This document shows positions 1 to 16,400 of a stretch of 64,000 nt of DNA, one piece after another. The translations under genes were made by a program, and so were the position numbers. The first letter of the stretch is position 1. Each line of letters begins with the position of its first letter. Source of the stretch: Zygnema circumcarinatum SAG 698-1b (Eukaryota; Plantae; Zygnematophyceae); NCBI GenBank assembly GCA_037447605.1, contig CM074815.1, positions 496,001 through 560,000 on the forward strand. Direction: 5' to 3'. Under the pieces are notes generated by a model. That model was not told where the DNA came from. It did no database searches and was given only the letters and a program-made list of their open reading frames with translations.

Positions 1-1
1 T

Positions 2-898
2 TGAAAAATAGGCGGCATTTAAGGCCCCAGTGAGTCTGTTCCTGCTGAAATTGAAGTCTAATCCCACACCTATTTTTTTCGTGATACAGTTTGGGATGCT
101 GCCATTTAGGCTGTTGGAGCTGAGGTCGAGGAAATAAACTTTTCCCGAGCACAGCTGGGAGGGGATGGGGCCCACCAATGTGAGGGAAGCGAACCCTATA
201 TATGACAAATTAGCGGGCCAGAAGGCATTTTCCTGCGGAAGAATGGAGGCCGAGAGATTGTTCATACTTAGATCTACGTATTCGAGACTCTCCAGCTGTT
301 TCAGCCATGGAGGAAAAACCCCTGTGAAGGAGTTGTTTGATAGGACCAAACTGACCAGGGCATTCAAGCTCCCGAGCGGCAGCTTGTCTAGGTCTCCGCT
401 GAACCTATTGTTATACACTTGGAGATAAACCAAGGATGTGAAACTTTCCACCACATCCAAGGTCCCGTTGAGGTTGTGGTTGGATCCCAAATATAGGCCC
501 TGAAGCTTCGTCAGATTCGCCCAAGAACTTGGAATGGGCCCCTCGAAGTGGTTGTCATTCAGGTTGAGCTCTGTGAGCTCCGCTAGTTTGCCCACGGCCG
601 GAGGGAGGGCGCCCACGAGCCGGCCCTCCATCAGAGACAAATACGTCACGCGTGCGTCATCGCAATCGACGCCCTCCCAGCAGCACGCGCTGGAGACGTT
701 AGATGCCTGCCACGTGTCCAGGATGCCCAGAGGGTCCGCCAGCCCCGCCTTGGCTTCAAGGAGAGCCTCTGCGTCCGCGGCGTCTATCGTTTGGTCACAT
801 TCAGCGCCCATGGCGGCGTCGTATGGAAAGAGGGCGAGGAGGAGGAGGAGCCACGCCGCCATGGCCGCCCTCCGCCTCCTCGCGGCCGCTGCCGCCAT
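2..898 (-). CDS. LRR receptor-like kinase/protein, N-terminal part (signal peptide, LRRNT_2 cap, plant-specific LRRs); 3' end lies outside the window
   Basis: Open frame from ATG 898 (or 862) to the window edge. It is absent from the ORF track, probably because it has no stop in the window. Translation: MAAWLLLLLALFPY (signal peptide), DAEALLEAKAGLADPLGILDTWQASNVSSACCWEGVDC (LRRNT_2), then LTELNLNDNHFEGPIPSSWANLTKL, LVSLVLSNNSFTGVFPPWLKQL, VYFLDLSSNSLNGSIPNC (LxxLxLxxNxLxGxIP). Kinase versus RLP cannot be determined. Confidence 0.9.
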   Translation of the reverse strand, partial: MAAAAARRRRAAMAAWLLLLLALFPYDAAMGAECDQTIDAADAEALLEAKAGLADPLGILDTWQASNVSSACCWEGVDCDDARVTYLSLMEGRLVGALPPAVGKLAELTELNLNDNHFEGPIPSSWANLTKLQGLYLGSNHNLNGTLDVVESFTSLVYLQVYNNRFSGDLDKLPLGSLNALVSLVLSNNSFTGVFPPWLKQLESLEYVDLSMNNLSASILPQENAFWPANLSYIGFASLTLVGPIPSQLCSGKVYFLDLSSNSLNGSIPNCITKKIGVGLDFNFSRNRLTGALNAAYFS

Positions 899-2425
899 GG
901 CTTGGACTTCCGGACGAGCTTGCCGCCATGAAGGTTTGACACGCGGGGAAGCGACGCGAGCCAACGGGAAAAACGGTTTTTGGGTACCGTACGGTACTTC
1001 TCGTACGATTTGTACATTGGTCCGTACTGAACGAGACCGGGCAGCAGGCAGGATGTACGGAGCGTGAGCAAAGGCAGGTCCGCCAATCGGGATCCACCGA
1101 CCAGAATAGCAAAGTTTACAAAAACTAGTAAGCTAATTCACAAACGACAATACGTTTATGAGTTGCAAAGTACTATTTTTACGAAGATCCACTAAACAAC
1201 ACAAAGTGACGCGCCCTACGGACCTTGTAGACCAAATCTGTCGGATGCTCCAGGGTTCAAGGAATGGGTGCGGAACTGCGGACCTATTGCTTGGGGGCTT
1301 TCACACCTTGAAGGCGCTCGTTGTTGTCATTTGTATACCGACCTTCGTCCGTACACATTCGACCTGTACGGTTGCATGCCAGCGTGGCAGTCGCACGCTG
1401 CCGGATCTTTGGTTGCCACGTGGTGGAACGCGAATGGTCGTGACGGCGTTATGGCGCCTCCGCAGGAGAGTACTGTACAGTAGGACGATCCTGAACGTCG
1501 GCGTGGCAGCCACGTTGGCACCACGTCAGCGAAACGCGGCCTCATAGGACCCAGGGAACGTCGTTTTTTGTGCGACGACGCCACGCGAAACGCGCTCATA
1601 GAACCTGGCCCTAAATCGAATTCATGAAAATAGTTTTACCCCATTTTCGAGTGCGAATGCGGGTCATTACTCACGAGTCACGAGTCTCACGATTTCAAGG
1701 GTTTACAACTGAAAACTGGAAACTGCGCTGGCCTGGACTGCTGACGTACGCACAACGTCAAAAGGAAAGTAATCAGTTTGCCCCCATGAAAACGGCCCTA
1801 GGCCACTAGACTCCTGCCTTCTCCATGCACGTGTCATGACACGTGTCGGGACTAGTTAGCTCAATTTCTATGGAAATTCTTGAATAAAACTGCGAACTGA
1901 ACTGGTTGGCATAAATTCAAATTTTTTGACGAAATCCGTATCGTATCGTATCGTATGGACCCACAGTACAGTACTCCAATGCGCCTCCCCCTCCCCCCCT
2001 CCCTTTCCCCACCTCCGCCCCCTCTGCAGGAGCGCCCCGCCCGGTAGCCGTACGGTCTCCCTCCTCGTGCCACGTGTCACCCCCGCTGCTATGTATCCCT
2101 CCTCCCGTCCCTCCGTCCCGCCCTCTCCGATGCAGTCCATGGTCATGGCGGGCCCTCCCCCCCACCCCTCCGCGCCCTTCATCCCCTTCGTCGGCGCCAT
2201 GGCTGCTCCGCCGCCCCTTCCCTCCCATGGGCCTCCTCCCGGGGGGACCTTCATTGCCCAAGTGGCCCCCGGGGAACATGCCACGTGGATGCCCTCGCAT
2301 GTTGCCACGTGGCAGGTAAACATGCATGTCCCGGGGAGCTGGCAGGGAGGCCCTTCGCCGCCGCCGCCGCGTCCGCCGCCGCAGGTGATGCTCCGCTTGA
2401 CACGTGGACGGCTGGGATGCGTGAG

Positions 2426-2900
2426 GGTTTAGGGTTTAGGGTTCACAGCGGCCGGTATCAGGGCTCGCATTTTTATGTGAAGAGTTCAAAATTTAGGTTT
2501 CAGGGTTTAAGATTCAGAGTTTAGGGTTAACGGCGTCGGCATTAGGGCCTAGGGTTTTGAACCTAGGGTCGAGGTTCCAGGGTTTAGGGTTTAAGTGTAG
2601 ATTCAGGTTTTGGGCTTTGCGAGTTTCGGAAGCCCTCAAACCCTAAACCCCTGAAATCTGACAGCCTCAAGATGTCCAAACCCACGTAACCTCTAAAATA
2701 TCAAGGCCCTAAACCCATAAACCCTAAACTCTTGAAACCCTAAATCTCTGTGACCGTACCCACCACTCTCTCCTCAACCCTAAAGCTTTTGAACTTCAAA
2801 CCCGAAGCGCCTAATTTTCTAAAACCCTAAACACTAAACCCTAACCTTCAAGCCTAAACCCTAAATTTTTCCGACTAAGGCCCTGAACCCTAAAACCTAA
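2426..2900. repeat. Degenerate plant telomere-like/telo-box tract in NUFIP1 intron 1 (GGGTTTA block then CCCTAAA block); repeated at ~4495-4990
   Basis: gggtttagggttt units at 2426-2600, then aaaccct units at 2637-2895. Similar tracts occur at 6598-6630, 28310-28590 and 41160-41320. Confidence 0.75.
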
Positions 2901-4159
2901 GGTCCTCCAACCGAGGTCCTGAACCCCCCCCCACCCAAAATTGCAGCCCAGCGGGCCCCCCCCTCCGCCCCTCCCACAGGGAGCTCCGTTCCGGGGTCCG
3001 CAGCCGCCCCTCCCGGCCTATCCCCCCCCGCCACGTGGCCCACATCTGCAGCCTCCACTGTCCATTCAGCCGCCTTCCCACCCTTCGTTGTTTTCTCCTG
3101 GCCGTACACCTGGAGTACAACAGAGTTTCGGCAGTATTATGGCGCCGCCTCCCCCAGTTCCACCTTCCCCACTGCAGGCTCCTTCTGGTTGGAACGGATT
3201 TCCGCCTCAGGGTTTAGAGCGGAGCCAGGGTTCAGGGCCGACCTCCTCCTTCGAGCACGGGAGAGGGAGGGGAGGGAGAGGGGGTGGGAGAGGGGGAGTA
3301 GCGGGAGGGGGAGGAGGGGGAGGGAGAGGGGGAGGAGGGGGAGGAGGAGGGGGAGGGGAAGGGAGGTGGGGAGGGAGAGGCGAAGGAAGGTGGGGAGGGA
3401 GAGGGGAAGGGAGAGGAGGGAGAGGTAGAGGGGGAGGGGGAGGGAGGGGCGGAGGGAGAGGATTTGGGGCTCCTGCGGGAGGAGGAGGGAGAGTCCACCA
3501 AGTGGTTTCAAGCAAGGGAGGCGGAAACCAACAGGGGAGGGTTCAAGGCACTTCTGAAAACGGTGCAGTGTGAGCATCTGAAACCTAAAATGAGTTTATT
3601 TGAAAAAAAAATCTGAACTCTGAAACTCGCCTGCCCTAAAAGCATGTGAACCCTAAAGCATCCGAGTTCTAAAAAGTCACAAGACCATCTCCTGCAGCAG
3701 AAGGTCAAGAAAATGAAAACGAAAAGAAGATCATTTTTTTTTTTTTAAAGGCGAAGGAAAAGCTCGAGGGTTTCAAACGTGAACTTTCTCGGATTCAAAA
3801 TATATTTTGAAGATAAATACTCTGGTTCCTCGTTTCCGTTTTTTTTTCAATTTTTCCCCTTGCTTCCTTTTTTCCTTTATTAAGTAGTTGTCTCTTTTCT
3901 CATTGTTGTCTTATTTATTCCCCTTACCTTCTCCCCACCTTCNNNNNNNNNNATAAAACTGCGAACTGAACTGGTTGGCATAAATTCAAATTTTTTGACG
4001 AAATCCGTATCGTATCGTATCGTATGGACCCACAGTACAGTACTCCAATGCGCCTCCCCCTCCCCCCCTCCCTTTCCCCACCTCCGCCCCCTCTGCAGGA
4101 GCGCCCCGCCCGGTAGCCGTACGGTCTCCCTCCTCGTGCCACGTGTCACCCCCGCTGCT

Positions 4160-9837
<5,678 letters not shown>

Positions 9838-10185
9838 TGTGAGGGAAGAGTGTGACTTACTCGGTGATGGTGATTTGGTCAAAAGGTCAAGGGAATTGAT
9901 TAAGGGGTTGACTGATTTGGTTAAGGGGCCGACAGGTTCGGTTTGGACAAAAGAATTTGGTTAGGGGCTTGACTGATTTGGTTGAGAGGTCGACGGATTC
10001 AGTTGAGATGCTGACTGGATCGGTTAAGTCCCCTTCTCCTCTCAAGGCGCTAATAAAAAAAAGGATTTTACTTTGGTTCGAACCTCTAAAAATTCAAAAA
10101 AAGTGAGAAAAATGAAGAAGGAGAAGCCAGGGGGCATCATTGCGCTTTGGCCAAAGTTTATCTGCTGTTTTTTTTTTTTCATTTT

Positions 10186-10216
<31 letters not shown>

Positions 10217-10464
10217 ATCGCTCTCTCTCTCTCTATATATATAGATGTATACAATGCAGAAATAAATGCTTTTTTTTTTGGGTAGTCCTAAATCCACTCC
10301 GTTTTTGTCTAGACACAGACTTTTTTTCGCGGGACAGATTTTAAAATAGACAAAAAAGGATTAAAAACGGAAAATGCTTTTTCCAAACCTTTTTGGAATC
10401 GATACACACCTTTTTCCGTCAGCCAGATTTTATTTATTCAAAACGAGGAAAATGATGCCCCGAC

Positions 10465-13400
10465 TAGGGATGGATTAGTTACGACTATATATTATATATT
10501 ATATTATACAACTGTGACGACTAGATAACGGCTGATATATATTAATTTACAACGCCTTTACAACATGTACGGTCAGACGGTCGTACGGTCGAACGACTGT
10601 ACGGTATTATGCGGTACGGATGCACGAGCAGACAGAGTGAACCAGACGGACGCATTTCGCAACGCTGTAGCGTAACGGAGCTGCGTTCGACGGATTTGCG
10701 TCAGTTCAATTGTACTTGACATATGCCTCTTCCGTGTCACGGATCAACGGAATCCAGGAGCTGCCAACGGAGATTGAGAGAAGGCGGCGCCATGCGTTGG
10801 CGGTCCACGGAACGGCACACTATCCAGCAAGGCGCACTCGGGAACACCGCCTAAGGCCGCCGATTATCATTCGTTGACCTATCCGAAGGCTCCACGTAGT
10901 CAGTCAGGCCTCTCAGTGGGCAGTTGGCCAATCAGAGACTGTCACTGCTAAGACTCAAGATCTATTGTCAGTGTTAAGTAGATGGGATGTCAGTGATGCT
11001 TGTTTGTCTTTTAGTGCTGGGCTTAGTATTTGTATTTGCTGTGTGGTTTGTTGTCTTGTTCTTCTTTTCTTCTTTTCCTTCCTCTTCAATTACAGCAACA
11101 GGTGCTAAGTAAGAGAGAGAGAGAGAGAGAGAGTTCCATGCCATGATGTAGAGAGAGAAAGAGTCTCTTGCCGACAAAGATTTAGACGTCCCATTCGTGC
11201 CCCCAAGACAAAAGATTTCAAAGTGAGAAGACAATTTCATTGTAATGACATTCTCACCAAATCACCGGTCAGTGAGTTTCCAAAATACCACCTTATCTAA
11301 GTTGTGTTTTCCCACTGATGTCACAATCCCAAGCCCCTATCTTGCTCTATCCTGCCTTGCATAACTCTCAATGAACAATGATCACTAGAAGCTCAGCTAA
11401 GACTAGCCGAGGAGAGTGACAGGAGGAGGGTCCCTAAGGAAGGGCTCTCTTGGCGCGATCAAGCCACCACGGTAGGAACGTTCCTCTGCATCCCTACGCC
11501 TCACGCTGCATTCCTCCTCAATCCCCCTGATCCTCGCTCTATGCCGCAGTGCACTCCACAAAGACTACCCCAACCTCCGCCAGCCAAGCCAAAGACGACG
11601 CCGTGGTCACTGCAGACAAAGATCTCAAGCGACTAGCTCAAGAATCTCCTTTTAACCCCACTCTATCTTGCACGAGATGAAGGTTTTGCGTATCCACGCA
11701 TCTTTGATACGCGAGGCTGCCGATCCCGTGACCCGCCATGCCTCGGCCATGGATTTAAGAGCTGCAACAAGAGGGACAAGCGTATCTTCATGAGTATTCG
11801 CATGGGAGACTTGGGACTCAAGAAGAACAAAGCATCCAAATCCAAGGACTTGATTCGCACTGTGAGGAAGAAGCAGCCAGAGAAAGACTAAACATGGGCA
11901 TCACCAAAGAGAACCCTTATCCCAGTCTGGCTTACCTTGAGCAGATCGAGTCGATTGAAGAGCTGCAGCCGACTCCATCTAGGCAGTGATGGCCATAAAC
12001 TTCGCTGGCAATATGCACACCGGATGATCAAGCTTGCAGCCTGCCCAGTCGCTGTCACGGCCGCAGATGCCGTGAGGAGAGGAGTGCCGTTCGAACCTGA
12101 GGTCCCCACCGCGGCCCACCAGAGACGGAACCCACGGATCTCTGGCCGGATAACTTCATGTAATTGTGTGAGTCTTGTCCTCCAAACCACCTCTCGGGCG
12201 CTCAACTTACCATCCGCAGCCCTGTAAGTGAGCTTACTCCTTGGGGTGGGCAAGGTGATCATCGCGAAGGGACCTCCAGCTTGCACCAACCTCCGCAGAA
12301 GCACACGAAATGATTCGAAGTTTCCCAAAGAAGATGGAAGAGATGATGACCAAACTGAAAGCAATGATTCCTGAAAAGAGTGAGGTGAGGGATACCACGG
12401 GCATCATCACAAGAGGCTTCACCGGCAAGCAGGAAGATGCAGAAGCATGGTTGAGACACCTTGAGGAGAAGGCAGCCGCTAGCGTAATTCGGCGAGGGCT
12501 CAATGGACTCAAGCCGCCCTTGAGCTGGAAGGAGAGGCTGCCAATCGAAGCGTCCCAAATCGCATAGCGGATGTCAGTTTTCTGCGAACTGACAAGGGAC
12601 ACATTCGGCAGTGCTGCATTAACGCCAGATTTCGTGATCCGACACCGTATAGAATCGACTTCAAGTACATAGAATGCTACAAAGATGAGCGGTCGCTTGA
12701 ATTCACCGAAGGTTTGTGCGATGGCAATACCATCGAACTTGCCTGACTTTCCGGTTCTTAGTGGTTCCAAGTAAGGCCATCACCGGTAGCTGATCTCCAC
12801 TGATCGTGGAGTCGTAGCATGACAACCCACCAAAGCAGATGCCCGTGCCCTTGTTAGAAAGGGCAGAGCTTAATTCAAAGCGATCAAGAGAGAGGCAACT
12901 CACATGTACCTAATTACATTACATGAACGCCATGATCCAATGAAGATCGACTCTACCAAAGAGTTCCTCAAGACACGTAATCGCGAGCGGCGATCCTCGG
13001 CGCTACATCTTTCTAGAACAAGCCGCCTTCTCCTGCGAGATCCTCGCTAAGACGCCCGCCGCTGTGGGTGCAGCCTCTCGCCATAGCCAGCATCGCATCA
13101 AGCCCCCTTCCTTTCCATACCCTATGATCCCGTGACGCCCCATTGAGCCGGGCGTGAATCCTCACATACCAGATGTTTTCTCGCCCGTGGATATCGGGCT
13201 CTATTCCGGACGACACCCGGCGAGAGAGAAGCCGCCAGGCCGACCCCGCGCTGGCCGGATGACGCAGGTAGGGGTTCCAGAGGGCGTCTGTCTTGCCTGC
13301 GGCCTGAATCATAATCCGCGGCTGCGTTGCGGACCATGGACCTGCACCTTCTGTCAGATCACGGGACATGATGCCCGTGTGTGCATGCGGAGACTCTCAA

Positions 13401-16400
13401 GGAGAAGGCCCTCGAAGGGAAAGAGGCAAAGTGGGAGCCTACCTCGCCGACGCCTTCATGGATATGCTCCCGGGCTACTCCCCACACCGCCGAACTCCAA
13501 ATTCTTCGCTCTCGGGCCCACCTCCTTCACACCAAGCACACCATCCTCAAGTAACGCCCTATCCACTGCACCCCATGGACTCTTCCCCTATTAAACACAT
13601 TAAACAGCCTGACTGGCCGCTTCACACAAGACGCTTCATAGATTACACGGGCATTACAACCGCTTTGGTCCGGTCCCCATCACTTCAAGAGGGTGCTCAA
13701 GCCCGGATTGCCGAGATTGCAAATGCCTTGCGCAGGCTCCCTGTCAACCAAAGTGATCCTCATTCACATCCCCTGCCATTCCTCCCTGCCGATGTCAACG
13801 AGCTCATCTGGCACGGCTCCACCGGTCGCCACCCCTGTCCGGAGAACTTCAGTCCTCCCTCCTTCCACGGGTCATCCAATGGGATCCACGCCTGAGGAGG
13901 AAATTGACGATCTCAATGAGGAGGAGCCGACAGCGGCGCAGCCAGAGCCGAGAGCACCAGCGATAGAAGAGATGCACGTCAACCCTCCCCATCGCCCTCA
14001 GGCAGCCCGTTTCTACCCCCAGGCAGCCGACCGACGACCAACCCCCCCGACAGATGGCCCCTCCCTGATTGAACGCATGGTTCATCAACTCATGGGAGAC
14101 AAGGCTAAGATCGGCATTACCTTGTCACAGTTGATGCAACTGGTTCCAGGTGCTGCCGCCGTAGTTCGAAAGCTGGCCGACAGTGCAGAGGCCACCCTGC
14201 GGCCTCCCACGGCTCCTATGGCATCTCCTCCGCACGTCCCCTCGCCACCGACATCCACCACATGGCTACTGCCTCCTCCGACCCAGCCGCTTCTCCCCGC
14301 CATCCTCCTCGATTCGATCCTCCTCCGGGATCCCCACACCCAACGCGGCGAATCACGTCACGTATGGGTTTCGCGGTCATCCCAAAGAAGCCATGATTCC
14401 ATTACGAGCCATGCAGCCTGCCCAAGCTTGCGGATGAAGGCCGCAGGGGCTAAGTTGACAAGACACTTGAGCCCATTCCCCATATGTGGGGTTGAAGGGA
14501 GCTTACATGAAGGATTGGGCAGCGCCCAAGTGGTCATCAGTCTTGGCGAGATGGGAGCCACGGTGAATGCGGTCATCACGGCCGCTGAACACTATTCTAT
14601 CCTGCTGGGCTCAGATTGGCTCATCGCCATGGAGCACAAATCGATTTTATACATGTCAATCAAGACTTATCTCGCCGGGCGACAGACCGCTTCCTTTCCC
14701 ATCATCCTCGAAGTCCCTGCAATACTCACCTCCGCTTTCCCCTCAGTAAGCGCCACACGGCGCAGTCTCCTACCCGAGATCACTATGTACCATTCGGGTC
14801 GGCAGCCCCCATTCTTCTCATGGATCGCTAATTGAGCACCGACATGAACGACCTCCTTCTTCTCCGAAGTCCAGCCTCTCGGCAAGGCCGACGTGGAGAA
14901 TCATAGCCAGTGCTACCGCACCCGCCCCCATGAGACCATCAGTGATGAGGAGTGGCTGGAAATAGAGGGGCAGATGCGATTGGGGCCTGCAGTCCTCTCA
15001 GACCCGATCAAGCATTCTCAACTACGCCAAGTGCTGCGCCGAAATCACCTAGTTTTCGCACGACATTCACTCGACATCGGCAAGACTCACTTGATTGAGC
15101 ACCACATCGATACGGGGGATGCGCCTCCCGTGATGACCCTAACTCCCTACCGCTTTTCCGCCGCGCAGCAGGCCGATGTTGAACGACAGATCGACGAGAA
15201 CGTGGCCGCCGGATTGATGGAACCTGGAGAAGGGCCGTGGGCCAGCCCGGCCGTTCTGCCCCCAAAGCNNNNNNNNNNCATCAGTGCGCGTCTGAAGATT
15301 GCACCCAAGAAGTGCAAATGGGGACATCAGGAGATCACTCACCTCGGGCACCGCCTCGGCATCAATGGCCTGAAACCATCACTCGACAAGATTGAAGCGA
15401 TTGACCTTATGCCCATTCCACAGAATCTCACTCAGCTTAAGTCTTTCTTGGGACTCACCTCTTTCTATTGCCGGTTCATCAAGGGCTATGCCCTTATTGC
15501 GCGTCCCCTACATGCCCTGGAGAAGCACGGAGTCCACTACGAATGGAGCCGCGCGCAGGATTTGGCCTTCCAAGCGCTCAAGAGCGCCCTCCTTCTCCTT
15601 GCCTGCATCAATTCGACCCCACCCTTCCCACCATTATTGACGCTGACAGACAGGCTTTGGGGCAGTGGCCAGCCAAGCATTCTCGCATGGGGAACACCTT
15701 GGCCAGCTTATGCAAGCAGTGGTCTGTTCAAAACCGAGACGCGCATGTACCCTACTGGTGAGAGGCTGCAAGCAACCCTCCGGCACTCGGTGAAGTCTGC
15801 CTTCACGCCTACCAGCCTGCGACATCCGGATCACTCACATGCCCTCACTGCTGTACATTATGGCTAACACCCTACTCTAAGTTTGCAATTTATGGGTGAT
15901 GAGAAGTTGAGGAGTACAATGTACTCAAAGTCATCACCGCCCCGCCGTAGTCACGGGTAATGCTGATGGCCTCGGGCCGCAATCCCTCGGCCTCCCGCCA
16001 CGATCCGGGTCACCGCCCCAACTCATCCCTCCTCCACCCACCTCCCCAACCCCCGGTGCATCTCCCCATTGAGATCTTGGCCAAGAGCAAGACTCCTCCC
16101 ATGAGGTCATATATTCGCAGATGGAATTATCGATATTCCAGCCACGGCCACCACCCTCCATCGCTGGCAAGACCCTGACTTCACCCACGGCCACCCCCAT
16201 GCGGATCCGTGGGACCTCCTCATAGACGACGATGGTGAAAATCCCTTTCTTCCTCCCCATTTCCCCAGCGCCAATGACGTCCATTCTGACTCCTCCCTTC
16301 TCAAGGCTTACCGCCACAAGTGACTCGCGACGTCAGCCCCATTTTGTCACGACACCGAGGGCTCCGCTGCCCGGGCCGCCTGGAAATTCCCTCTGGCCAT

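Noticed and set aside
534-1067. Plus-strand 177-aa ORF and other ORFs in 165-1112
   Set aside because: They are antisense shadows of the GC-rich LRR receptor CDS.
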